Assembly (NCBI GenBank): GCA_036172245.1
Contig: JAYWIR010000075.1
Span: forward strand, 124,001-188,000
Length of the DNA: 64,000 nucleotides
Direction of reading: 5' to 3'
DNA from: Raillietiella orientalis
Lineage: Eukaryota
Below are positions 25,791 through 38,745 of the stretch, piece after piece. Position numbers and translations under genes: made by a program. The notes under the pieces are model-generated. The model worked only from the letters and a program-made list of their open reading frames with translations. It had not been told where the DNA came from and made no database searches. Positions within the stretch are counted from its first letter, which is position 1. The number at the start of each line of letters is the position of its first letter.

Positions 25791-28700
25791 CCGAGCAGCG
25801 CTCGTGTCCGCTTCGGGGAATTGACCGTCGGCATGCTGGTGCATACGGTCGGCCTAAATCTTCACCAGCCGTATGCAGCGTTGAGATGACCTCTAGTGGG
25901 TGAGCTTCGTCGGTTGTCCTCTCCTGCATAAATTAAGCTTTCGCGCAGTGGGTAGGAGATTACACAAAATCAGACAATGTAATATGAGATCATGACAGAT
26001 ACATATGGGTATGTCATTCTGAATGCATCTGCAAAGGCGGGTTCTGATATAGATGTTATGGCCACCGATTGCTTTCTACCCACATTTTCCTATTCATCTT
26101 TAAATAAATTATGCGGGTTAGGAATCGACTTTGCATTCGCGCAGCTCTGCAACCGATGAAAAACAGAACTGAGTGGACTTTCTGAGTGAACAAGGAATAG
26201 CTGTTATGTTCCTCGCAACTGTTGTGGTTCCAGCTCCTGGAATCACGGCTGCTTTCTTTCGTTGCAGCATTCAGGTGGCGAAATCTTCGCAGTGTTCCTG
26301 GATCTTGCCAGTCCGGCGCTGAGGTTATATATATAATGTATAAAGGTCGTGTCGCTGCGTATGAACCCCGTGTTGTGGAGTCTCCATTGAATGCTTCTCA
26401 CTGGCAGCAGTCTGAGTCGGAAGTATGAGAGCTTTCACTTATCTCGGCCACTATGATAGGTTGCGCTCTGTATGGTTCGAAGACTCAATAACGTGCTAAA
26501 TGTCAGGTCAGCGGTTCTTCGCAGCATCTCTGCTCAAGGTTTCAGTCTTCAACTTCGGACATCAGCAAACAGTGAGCTTCCTGAAATTGCTTTGCTTCTC
26601 ATGCTTCTCAGATCCGTTGGAAGTATCCCAAGTGATCCAAGATTCGAGCATCTTGTTTCTTGACAAGCACTTTTTTTGCCACAGCTCCGTTTCTTCTGAG
26701 CGCTTGATCCCAAAGCCATAGTTTCCTCGGTCTCAGGAAACTGCAAAGCAATCTTGAGATCTCAACGAAACTGAGGGTGACAGTGAGGCTGTGGGAACGA
26801 ATCGAAACTTCATTTCAGATGTGGCCCAAAGTATAAGTCCAAGAATTTCTGGTGCACATATCCTGTGCAGTAAGAAGCAACGTGATTCAGCAACAGCACG
26901 CCTGTAAATGGTTAATGGTATAGTATTTGGGGAAAAAGTGCGTTCTATTTCTCTGTGGTATGGCTTTTCCGCAGCAGTTTTGGTTCAAAATCTCGAATGT
27001 GGAAACCTCGAAATTCAGCAACGGGTGAATTTGTAGAAATCGAATGTTTCATCCAGAATGGGGCATTATTGGATGAAATGGGAAAACGTGACACGCGAGA
27101 GATGTACCACTTCAGAAGCAAAACTGAAAACACGAGCTTCCACAAAACGCTCCAGAAATTCCTAAGGGCTTTAAACAAGTTCACTCCTCTCTCTTGCAGC
27201 GAGCTCGCAGAAATACAGACACCAAAAAAAAAAAAAAATTTGCTTTCCCCAAGGGCAACCTAAAAAAGCTGTACTAATCGAGCAGGAGGCCGGGAACCAT
27301 GTAGGAAGTGGTGAAGAAGCAAATTTCTTATTATAAGGAAGAATCAGGAAGGATCGAGCGTGCATATTGGTGTCCCATGAGAATACCTTGCCACATTTTA
27401 GCTCGAAGGGACTCCAACAGAGTCATCGAAATCCCAGTGCTATGATCAGGGTCTCGTGTGCAGTTTGATTGATACTCTCAGCCTCGAATGTCTTAAAAGT
27501 CTTAATCACTGACTTTATTTGACTATTGACACTATCATTTCATGCTTCACATCTCATCTTTTTCGAAGTATTTTTTTTTTCTTCTCTCTTGCGCTCGTTT
27601 GTTACAAGCGTGATTTCGTAGAATGATTATTTTTCCAATTGTGCCAATACTTTTGAAAATAAATCTGATTTGATGTTTCACTCAAGTGTTTCATGATTTT
27701 GCCTCGAATCTTCCTTCAACTTTCGTGCTGAACTTTCCTGAACGTTCTTTCGTGGTGAACTTTCGTTTCTTATTCAAATAAATACATCCAAGAGCTCTCG
27801 TTAGTACGGTATGAGGCACACCATTAAACGTATTCTGGTTGGCCTAATCTGAAAACATTCTCGCTAAACCGGTAGCTCCTCCATGGCTTAAATTACAATT
27901 ATTTCAGAAGAAGTGCTTGGAATTCTTTGCCCTCCATTTGTTTGTCTTCATGTTTGCCTGTATAACTGAATACTGCGAAACCTGGGACGTCGCCAAAATC
28001 ACAAGGGCAGCTGCTCTTCTCCAAATACACTGGTCTTCAAAGCAAACACCGTTGTTAGAAAATACCATCTTTTACCTACTTTAGCAAGTGAGTATACTCG
28101 CATTACCCAAATGTTTTCGTTAGCTTGCAACTGATTTTGATGAGCAGTGACAATCCAAGAGCAGTCCAACGGAGGCAACTACAAAAAGCAAAAAGTGTTT
28201 TACTGATGGGATGTACCATAGAAACAGTGTTTTGGAGATGATAAAACAATAGTTTTTTGACAGATAGATCACCGTTTCGAAGAGAAAAAAATATACAGTC
28301 AATGCTAGAGTATAAAAAACACTTGAGGAAAAGAAAAATTTCGATAGTTTTGCTCTGAGGGAAAAGGCAAAACGAAAGTCGTAGTGAACGAGTATGCCTC
28401 TGGCTATGAAAGCAAGCTCGTTGCTTTGGGACTTGTCAAGTGCTGCGATCTTCTCCAATACTTCCATTACACAACTGTTTGATTGGTATTTGGTTATTCC
28501 GTAGCGCTTCCCATTCCCACTACTTGAAGCTTTTAGTTTGAAGCAGAGATAACGGTTCTTGGAACTGCCTCTGAACACTTAGAAAAATTTTCATTTATGG
28601 ATTTCGACGTATCTTCCTTAGTTGTTGTTGCTGATCTTCGAGCTTCCGTTGCGTACAAGTAGCGCTACAGACGTGCAAAAATTTTAATTGATCTACTCTT

Positions 28701-31014
28701 TGCTCTCACCTTCTGTAAATTTGGCAAACGTTGATTTTGTTCTCAGATCATTCAACGATTATCGTTCTTAAAGAATGCACTGAGTGGCTACGGTGCAGCT
28801 TCTCTATTACTCCTATTGCACTGACTTCCAAATCTATGATATCCGCTGTGGCTATTTTTCTTTGCTTAACATTCACGCGATTCTACGCACTCACTGATTT
28901 GTTTCCTCCTTCTAATACTCAGCATACAATCTTATGATGGTTAGTACAGGTTTTCAATATTTTCGATCGCACAGCACCTCCGCCGTTCAACAAAATTCTA
29001 GTTTGTCACCTGGAATTGCATTATCAATTTTTTTTTTGGTTAAAAACTCCCACTCTTTCAACTTGTCGTGATCATTATCTGGATTTAAACTGAGATTCAA
29101 CTTATCTTCTTCTCTAACATCTCTACACCCTGGTTCATAACAATTCACCTTTCACCCATTCTACGCTCCGGAGCTTTTCAATCCCTCGGTTCAAATGAAT
29201 TCATTGGTGAGCATACTCTACACAATACAAAGAAAAGCCTTAGAAAAACGAATGCTCACAGTATTGAGGAACTTCTTACATTATCCTTTATTTCGTATAT
29301 ATAAAAATTAGGACTCCTATCTATCAGTCAAGGACGCAGGACACATTTTTTTCCCCTTCTTACATACAGTGCACGATGTAAGAAGATCCGGACCTTCAGA
29401 TCAGAAAAAACAACATTCTTTCAGTTGTCATCAGTGTCTAATGCATTACTTCAGGTCCGGATGAGTCCTGTGCATCATGCATCATTCTTTTTCCATCTAC
29501 CCACAAGTCTTTCCTGCAAAGTTCTTCCAGCCTGTCTGCGGAAATTATGTTGTTCCTCATGTTACTTTTTTATTTGCGGACCACGTTTTTTTTTTCCTAC
29601 TTTCATGAAGATTCATTCTTCCTAATATTTCGTGAGCACTCCTCCCCCTCCTTCCACTTCCATTTCTTCATTAATCAGAGAACATACACTTATAAAGGGA
29701 TTCTTGTCTCTTAAATGCATAACAAGTTTTTTTCCATAGCACCCAATTCGACATCATGAAAGTGGAGAAACTCTCCTGTGGCAATCATGCATTCTTTTTA
29801 TCAATTAAACTACTGATTCGCATGCAACTCGAGCAAAGTCAAAACTCCTCTTCGGTCACTCCATAGCCTAACAGACCTTACGGTGTGTTTAGGGTCTTCT
29901 TAGTGAAGAAAAAAAATCTTTTCCTGCACACTTGCAAAGTTTGTCATTGTATTATAGATAGCATTAATGTAAATTCTATGCTTTCAGTTGTTCAGTCCAG
30001 ACTTTGTTGCAACCATCTTCCTTGGTGAGAACGGATATGTTAGCTCCTCAGTTATTAGAATCTGTTTTCCTTGTTTTCCTTAATCGGTAGTCACGTCACT
30101 TTTCCAAGAAGGCGACCATCAACGTGGTTTCCATATGACTATCTTTCCATTTCTTCCATATCCATTCTTCTCGTACTCAATCTCATCCATAACTGCCTGT
30201 TCTTCTTTTCTCCACAATCACTCAGCAAGGTGCTGCTTTGGCTGACAAAGCTGCAAAGCAAGACCAAACCAATTGAAGACCACAACGTACTATTCTCTTC
30301 AAAAAAGATCTCACATCCCGAATATCTTAATTTTCAAACTCTTCATCAGTTAGCCATTCCAGTTTTCGTTTTGTTTAGTAGCCTCATGCATTTATTGAAT
30401 AATAAAGAATCCATATTAAAATCATCCACCTATGATCCATTCCATCCTCTTACTACTTGGTCTTCCTTTTCTCTTACCTGAGCACCTTGAGAAACCACCA
30501 TATCCAATCCGATAAGATCACTGTTAACCTTTATCTCGATAATGCTTAACGAAGCACCCCGAGTCTACTACCATCTGAGCAATTAAAACAACCACCGCAT
30601 TCCTTTCCTTTTTTCGTATTCTTCGTGAAATACCTTTGATATGTCCCTCTGTGCAGAGGCAGCCTAATTAGTTCCGATATCTCCTTTATCGAAACAGCGT
30701 TGCTTTTGTCGATCACAAATCAAGAAATAAACACATTCTTCACCCTCTATTGCGAGCAATTCTTGTTTCATAAATGCACTTCAGCATTGTCTCAATATTT
30801 ATATAAATGAAGCCCAACATTCTCCCTTGAGTTCTTTTGGCTTCATTTAGAAATTTTTTGTTTCCAAGATCCCTCACTGAGTAGTTCAAAGGTAGTTCCC
30901 ACATTCTTCCATGACAATAAATGTTTCAATTTCACAGACAGTTTTAATTTGGACCAGTTAGGCGAATCCATTAAACAGAAACGATGCGGACATTCTAGAG
31001 TACTCCTCACTTAG

Positions 31015-31060
31015 TTAATTTTTTGTTCCAAGCAAATGGAAGCTTGGAACACAAAATTAA
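31015..31060. repeat. Inverted repeat, 18/19 bp with 8-nt loop
   Basis: TTAATTTTTTGTTCCAAGC-AAATGGAA-GCTTGGAACACAAAATTAA. Confidence 0.8.
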
Positions 31061-33141
31061 TAGCAATCGGATTAACTGATGGGCGGATAGATGTATCTCA
31101 TCTGAATTAGACTTTGGTGATTGACTACTTCGTTTTAGTTACCCAGAAAGGTCGTTGCATCCGCAGATATGTCCCACTTCTCTACAAAATTTGAAGAGTA
31201 GGAAAAAAGAGTGTCTTGGACATAAATTAGCTTTCATGATGATAAACTGGGATATGTGATTCAATATTTTGCTTTCTGTTTTTTAAAGATTCATCTTTGC
31301 AGTGGAACAAAAAATCTGCTTCTATGCTGATGGAGTGAACAATAAATTTGAGATTTCTTGTTTGCAGTCATGTTTCAGCGTGAATTATTTTTTTCGGCAA
31401 GTTCTTGAACAAAGACTTATTATTTTTTTTAAATGTTATTCTCGATGTTTATTAACAAGCACATGGTGCATGTTCTGCATTGTGAGATGTCTAAGAAAAG
31501 TCTGGTATCTTTTGGAAAAGAACAAACCAGTGAATTCAACATGTAGACCTAAACCCAAAAGTTGATTCAACGAAGCTTATTCAACCCTAGTTTGCAGCCC
31601 TATTTTAAAGGTGAACTTTATCTAAGCAATTTCTGAAAACTAGATACACTATAACGTGCAATTCCAAATTCACATCAGTTGCATTTATAGAAATGCACTT
31701 CATCCACGTAGCTGCTTGAGCTGTCGCCTGATGCTTTTCAAGAACTAGAACTTTCTGAGCAAATTTAGAATGGGACTGTCGTGAATTTGCTCCTTGACAA
31801 CTTGTTTAGGAAGATAACTAACTCTTTATCATAGTACCATTTATAAAAACAGCGAGCACAAAAACCAATAAACGAATATTTTCCTTCCGAATTTTTTTTT
31901 TTTTGTGAGACGACCGTTTTAGTGTCTCTAAAGCTTCTTTAGTTAAATCCTTCATCTGTGTGAAGATATTTTTAAAACTTAGAATATTAGGAATAAGCAT
32001 GACCATTGACAAAAATATGTAGGATAAAGCATGCTTTAAAAAATTATATATACGTGCTTAGATAGTTAGGAACGAGCATTTCACGTATACCAACAGCTCT
32101 TAAAACATTAGAAGGAAATACACGCAAACGTAATGTTGGAAAAAAAAAAGTGGTTTCAGACATGAAACGCCTCTACGCATTAGCGAACTAGGTATTATTT
32201 TCTAATTCTGTATCTCCATAATATCAACATAACACTGGAAAAAATTGTTTATCCTGGAATGCGTTCTGCCATGTTTTCCCAACGTTTTCCCAGTATTCCC
32301 AATTGAGCGATTTTCTAGTCGTAGAATTTACTTGGTGATGAGTGGAAGTGCGTAAGGTAATGATGTACGGAAAGCACTATAGGCTGTTTTGAGGTATATC
32401 GTGCAAAATGTAGAGTTACTCTTTCCCAAGGATATTAAAAAGGAATCAAGTAATTCTTAAATTTTTTTTTTTTAAAGCGTTTTGTGTTTAGAATGCATAT
32501 GCGTGAATTAATAGGTATTGATCAGCTGATCGTTCTTGATGTTCAGGATTTATCCGGAATGTGTTTTTGGCATGTGAATCATAATTTGATTCGTAATTGC
32601 TCAATATTTATTCCATTAGCTTGGTGAATTTATTGAAAATCGTTTATTGAAAGCTGTAGAGATTATTTGTAAGCTTTAATTTTTCTAAAGACTGTGATAT
32701 GTAAGGTTGTTGTTTTGGCTTGTATTTTCAGAATGCATGTATTGAATAATAAAGAAATGGATTCCTGTTGCAGTTTTCGGTTTCCATAAATAAATGCGGC
32801 GGATTTGCAAATATTATCGCGATATTTTGCCCACCATAAATTCTGGAGTGAATAAAACAGTACAATATATAAATCAGTATGTGTAAAAAATATTGTTTTG
32901 CCAATACGCATATGGAAGTAACTTGAGCTAATAAATGTTTCATCTTTCATAGTTGATTTTTAAAAAAAAAAAAAAAAATTGTTAGCAAAGAGTTAAAGTT
33001 TATCACTGAATCAGTGATTATCATCAAGATAATTACCGTAATTGTTGTCCTTCTCAAATATATCGATATATCTTTTTGTTGATACAATCATTTAGAAACT
33101 TCTGATTCAGATATGGCTTAGGATACAATGTAAAGTAATAA

Positions 33142-34816
33142 ATGGCTGGCAGAAAATACCGAAGAGATCAAACAGAAGTTAGTTGCTGTTTGAAATATCT
33201 CATTTTTGGATTCAACGTGATATTTTGGGTGAGTTCATTAATCAAGTTACAAACTGTAATATATCCTTCATGAAATATACAACTTGAGTTATAAAAAACA
33301 AGTAATTACTTGACTGTATTTCACAGCTTCTTGGGTTAGGGATCCTAGCTATAGGTGTTTGGGCATGGACTGAGAAAGATACTTTCAATAATCTGAGCCG
33401 CCTAACAAATATTTATTTAGATCCAGCTTTTATCTTCATCATTGCAGGTATATTTTCCTATAACTTTTTGTTGGTACGTTTCTCATTGCAACATATAGGA
33501 AGCATAACTTTCATCATTGGTTTTACTGGATGTGTGGGAGCTCTACGTGAAAATACTTGTTTGTTGGCATTGGTAAGACTGATGTTTAGATGTAAAATGA
33601 AATATTAATGTCATTCCAGTATTCCATAATTTTGGCAATTTTATTACTGCTAGAAATGACTGCAGGAATCTTGGGATTTATTTTCAAGGATTGGGTATAA
33701 TCTCTCACTTATTACAAATGTTTATGAGTCCAAAATTATCTCTGTTGTAATTTCTTGTCTCAAAATTTCATTCTTGTCTTTTGTGGAAGTGTCATTTCAT
33801 GCTGACCATGTAACATATACTTTTCTGTTTGGAAAATGGAGCGTTTTTGAACATGTGTAGAATCTGTTGCTTTTAGATTAAATTGAAGGCAACTGGAGGA
33901 TTTCAAACTTTTATTGTACATTATCGAGATGATCCTGATCAACAGAATCTTATTGACTGGATACAGGAGGATTGGGTAAAGTAACTTCTTATTGGTCATG
34001 AAGTATATTTCTTAAATAGCTGCAGTGTTGTGGTATTGAAGGTCCTAAAGACTGGGATAAAAATATTTATTTTAATTGCTCTTCAGTTGAAGTGGGAAGT
34101 CGTGAAGCATGTGGTGTGCCTTTTTCCTGTTGTAGGCCCAAAAAAAACGTAATGTTTCCAATATAGCTGATAAATTCAATCTCATGTATTTTAGGAGATC
34201 ATCAAAAATAAGCAATGTGGCTATGATGTGCGCAAGCCTGATTATGTGAGTATGAGTACCTAGTGAAGAGGGTAGCTTTGGCTTGCAAACACTGCTGCTT
34301 TTACTAACTTTTCTTTTCTGGCACTTAGCTTGGGGATCGAAGTGTCCTTTTGTTTGAAAAGGGTTGTCTAAGGGCAGGCGAGCAGTGGGTAGAATCCAAT
34401 TTAGTGCCAGTGGTGGCAGGCCTGGTGGGGATAGCTGTCCTTCAGGTATTTTTTCTTGTATTGAAGGTGATGGTGCTTGGCACTCTGCATCTTTGGTGGG
34501 TCGGAAATGACAAATATAAATGTTTTTACGTGATCATCTTGCAGAAATATGATGCAGCAAAAATAATTTTTGATAAAGGCTGCCTGCAAGCTGGTGAAGA
34601 ATGGCTTGAACAGAATTTACTCCTGGTGGGTGGGGTAGTTATATTTGTGGCCTTTCTACAGGTGAGTCGATTGAGAGCAGAGTGTCATGCCATCAGTTAC
34701 ATTATTTGCCAAGTTTGCATTATATTATCTAATCCGTTACACAGATTCTCGGCATCTGTTTTGCACAAAATCTCCGAGCAGACATATTTGCCCAGAAAGC
34801 CAAATGGCACTGCTAA
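33142..34816 (+). CDS. Tsp26A: TspanC8 tetraspanin (Tsp26A / TSPAN5/17-like), 274 aa, spliced
   Basis: Exons 33142-33228, 33327-33447, 33499-33572, 33620-33694, 33877-33975, 34020-34148, 34195-34245, [34329-34445 or 34545-34661], 34745-34816. All introns are GT-AG and in phase. Protein [29 protein letters not shown]...[13 protein letters not shown]...[12 protein letters not shown]...[59 protein letters not shown], with 8 Cys in the large loop. The symbol is the closest recognised Drosophila gene; orthology was not tested. Confidence 0.95.
34329..34445 (+). CDS. Tetraspanin alternative exon 8a (117 nt)
   Basis: TTACTAAC branch point and TTAG acceptor, CAG|GTATTT donor. Encodes [39 protein letters not shown]. 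Confidence 0.88.
34468..34695 (+). promoter_or_regulatory. Complementary intronic elements flanking exon 8b (candidate selector/docking RNA duplex)
   Basis: 34468-34488 TGATGGTGCTTGGCACTCTGC pairs with 34677-34695 GCAGAGTGTCATGCCATCA: 19 bp (3 G-U) with one 2-nt bulge, extendable by 4 bp past a bulged A. Confidence 0.7.
34545..34661 (+). CDS. Tetraspanin alternative exon 8b (117 nt)
   Basis: TTGCAG acceptor, CAG|GTGAGT donor. Encodes [39 protein letters not shown], 17/39 identical to 8a, same length and phase. Confidence 0.9.
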
Positions 34817-34943
34817 ATGGTATACAACATTAGACATCCAGTATGATATGTGCTTATGTATGCAGATGTCTCATTATGAAATGGAATCTCACTTGATTGT
34901 TTAAATACTCAATTAAGTCATATTTTGATTATGAAAATAAGTA

Positions 34944-34949
34944 AATAAA
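34944..34949 (+). terminator. Candidate polyadenylation signal of the tetraspanin
   Basis: First AATAAA, about 130 nt after the stop codon, in AT-rich sequence. Confidence 0.4.
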
Positions 34950-35846
34950 AGTATTGCTTCTTTATAAAGCATGCTGCAAAATACAGTTTGCTTTCTGAAT
35001 TGCATCCGTAAATGAAATAACACATACCTTAATTTGCTTTCATTAAATATGGGTAACACTTGATCATATGTCTTTCTGTTAAGTTGTTAGGCCAATATGT
35101 TGACAATATAGTGAGATTAATAACCTTGTGCAAAGTTTATCCAACAAATTCCCCGCACATACTTTCTCCTGCAAATCGACTCATTTGTAAAGTCGTGGAT
35201 GCGAATTTCAACAGATCAGCTGATGATGCACATCAAACATGTATTTGTCGTCCGTATTTTTTGATATTGCCTGCCTGTATATAGATTTGTTTTTTAATAC
35301 GTAGAGTATTAAATAGAACTTGCTTTAATGAAAGAATGCACATTACGTTTTGGAACCTACGATACGAAACCCGTTAAAGTTTCCGTGCTGCACTTTTGAA
35401 TAGCAAATAGAACGACTTTACTTTGATTTGACATTTAAGTGTTTATTGTGATCAGTGATCAAAATTCCAAAATTCGTTGGCAGCAATATTTATTAGGAAG
35501 ATCACATTTAAGAGATGTCGGAGCAGTATTTAGGATAGGGCAGATACTACTTGAAATTTTTGGTTCTCCCCGCAGAGGCGTTGGAAGTAAGAAAATGCCA
35601 CCGGGTGGATTAAGAAAGCTATAAAACGACAATGAGATTACATACTGTCGAGGCTATCCCTTGGAAGTCGCTCTTTAAATATTTTTTTTCTTAATAGTAG
35701 AAACTATCCAAAAACTAATTACAGAATAACTATCATTCCGATCACGTATATTGGAAGCATAAAAAACTTTCTCAGTTATCTGCGATCCAATTTCACATTC
35801 AAGGAAGTTGATTTGCAGCATGCCATCGTATGCCTCGGCATCTACT

Positions 35847-35874
35847 CCTCTCTTACCACAAGTGGTAAGAGAGG
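35847..35874. repeat. Perfect 13-bp inverted repeat with 2-nt spacer
   Basis: CCTCTCTTACCAC-AA-GTGGTAAGAGAGG. Confidence 0.85.
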
Positions 35875-38745
35875 GAACATTGCAAATTCACATGCATTCT
35901 CTGGTAGTTTTACGCTGTGCCTCGAGAAACAGACATGAGTTTCCTTGCACATAGTGTACGTTTCATCGATTCTGTAATCCGATCTTTGATAAAAAACCAA
36001 CACGCAAATTAAATGGCGCTTTTGAGTGTCCAGGTGGTGATAGAAGACGACTTTGACTTTTTTAGTAGTTTGACGTGTTTGCAGTCCGACTTCTTAGTTT
36101 GAGTGTGCACAACAGGGGTGCGGTTCGAAATCTCAACTTCATTTTTGACACTGTTTTTGGGGAATCCCGGCATAACTGTCATTACCCTAGCCATGGGGTT
36201 TCCTTTCTTTTTGATTGCATCCGTATCCTGTAGTAAATGGAAGCATCGACCATGTGGCTTTTGCGATATGAAATGGCTCTCTTCTTTGACCTCGGTTCTT
36301 CGTTTGTATCTACGATTCGACTGGTGTGGACCTCATTCCTTCTTAACTGAGGACCATTCAATTGTATGTTTTTGGATATATGCACTAAGTTACGATGAAA
36401 TATGCGATGCAATAAAAGTTTATTTTGCATATAACTGTCTTTACTGGCGATCTAAATTACAGATTCCAGGATTAGTCTTCCCAGCCATATAAGTTTTGCT
36501 TATTTTAAAATAATTGAAGAGGAATGCCTTCTTTTTCACGTTTTTATCTTTCAATCTGAAACACAAAATCACATTTAACTTGTAGCAACAAGTTGTTGCA
36601 TGCTGTTTGGGCAAATCACTTGAGGATTCGTTACATAATCCTCAAGCTATTGCAACATTTCCAGTCGAGCTTGTCGGTACGTTGTCAACCTTCATTTAGA
36701 GAAAAATTTTCTTCGCAAATTTTATAAACTGACTTCAGCTGACTTTTCTACATGTGCTGTTATTTTTTTGGCTGGGAAAAATCGCCACTGCTACTTTTCT
36801 AGATTCGCATGTTCTATTTGCATGGTTTGGAAAAAAAAAAAAAAACTGTATGCGAGTTCTCTTCCTTTTTTAGAAAGAGAGAAAAACCAACTAACGAAGT
36901 AACGAATACGATTTCTTGAAGTTTTAATTTTTAGGCCTTCCAAATCTTTACTTAGCAATGGCAGGAACCATAAGGTCAAATAAGCGTGCTATGAAAGCCA
37001 ATCTGTTCGAACTATATTGTCATCAAATGACAATTCACTGAATTTTTTGGCAAGGCGTACGGATATGCACTAGAAACATTCATGTTGAGCTGGACACTGC
37101 AAGCATATTTGGAGCAGTATCTAAATCATTACCGCTAAAACAAAATCTATTTCTAGTAAAGCAGCAATAATGCCGACTTGAAGGAATTGAACTCACGTTC
37201 TCAGTTTATGTAAACACTGCTTGAATGCAATCAATACAATGAAATTTGCTTCACCTATTTCACCGAACAATAAAGTTCCCGTATAAAGTACAGTAAAGTT
37301 CACCTATTCCTAATGTGGAAAAACAAAAACAAAGATCGCTTCTAAGGAAAAATCTTCGTCATCCAAAAACGCATTCGCTGCAAAAACAACATGCAGATGC
37401 CAAGTCCACTAAAAACAACGGATGAAATCGATAGGCCGTTTACCATTTTTACCATAATTGCTTGTCTGAGTGTCCAGTTGAAGGTGGAAAAAAAAAAAAA
37501 AAAAAAAAAAAGGTGATTACTTCCGATCACTTAACTTCACGCAAAGTTCCTCGAAATTGTACACGTTTTCTTCTCAAATACAGCGACTTTTCCAGGCAAC
37601 AACTCAGCAAAAACTGGAAAATCCGAAATATAAAAGCAATTTGGTATATTTCACCATATTCAATAACCAAGAATCGGAATAATTCTAAACATAAAATGGA
37701 CTCCGAAATCATACATAGCGTCAAAGCCAATAGAACGATTTTCTGCAAATTTGCACATAATGCGTTAAAATCCCCAAGAAATAGTTTCTTACAAGCTTTA
37801 GCAAGTCCATATTTTAAATTACAGTACACAAGACGGCAGATACGGTTTACTGAACGTCTTTTCCAATGCCTGATGTCTTTCATTGATGTCCTTACAACCG
37901 CGTCAGCATTTCTTGGTCAGCTGCAAAAGAATACCTCGCGATGAGTTGCGTTTCTACAAAACGACTCCTATTGAAACATACAAAACTGGCGTTTTTCAGC
38001 ACAACTGATAACACATTTATGTAATCTTTTATTGTTGTGAAAACTACTTACTTTGTTTTACATATTGTGCACACAGTGGGCTGTGGTTCACGTATAACAT
38101 TGTCCGAACAGAACTGTGATGTGCCAATAATTTACACAATGACTTATTTTGACACTCTTTTTGGATTCCATTTCTTCCTACTCAATTTTGCAACCAATGC
38201 AATTATGTTCTCTCGATCAATCCTTTTCAAATTGCACTTAGTCATTCACAAATAAAATCACTTTAAACATCGAGCTTCCTTTAAGCATTCCCTTCATTGT
38301 GAACATTCAATTTCTTTATTCGCTTCGTAATTTACATACTTCAAACAAAAATTCCACTTACCCTATTCTGAAACAAGATTAACTTTATTGTTCAAATAAA
38401 ACATCAGTTTTAACGCCCCCTTTTGTTCAACAGTTGGAAAGAAATCTAATAATCTTACTGCATTTCGGAAACTTCATTTCAAATTCATTAGTCTTAATTT
38501 AGTCGCATACACCCCTATAATAAATTTTGTGATTCAAAATACAAATACCCAAACATTAGTTTGTATGTAAATGACTTTTATATGCAGGAGGCATATTTTA
38601 ATATGCTGATATAAAATGAATTTCAAACTCATTTTGTAACAATTTATTCTGACAGTTTTCAGCATTCAGAATTTTTGGGTAAGCAGATATAAATTGACTA
38701 TAATTAATTAAACAAACATAATAACCAAACTTGTTCTAATGACAA

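Noticed and set aside
26000..30900. Further old LINE fragments (also about 11300-12200 and 13700-14900) and a possible piggyBac trace at about 61900-62750
   Set aside because: Only one or two eroded motifs each, too weak to delimit or classify by eye.
33061..33068. DRE promoter element TATCGATA
   Set aside because: A single 8-mer in AT-rich DNA, probably inside a 5' UTR intron. The transcription start is unknown.
34350..34904. 184-aa ORF as a single exon with an internal repeat
   Set aside because: It reads through two introns with canonical splice sites and is explained by exons 8a, 8b and 9.
37165..37230. tRNA-like sequence on the minus strand (GAGTTCAATTC); similar GGTTCGAG at about 22610
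   Set aside because: Only a B-box-like word. No cloverleaf or acceptor stem.
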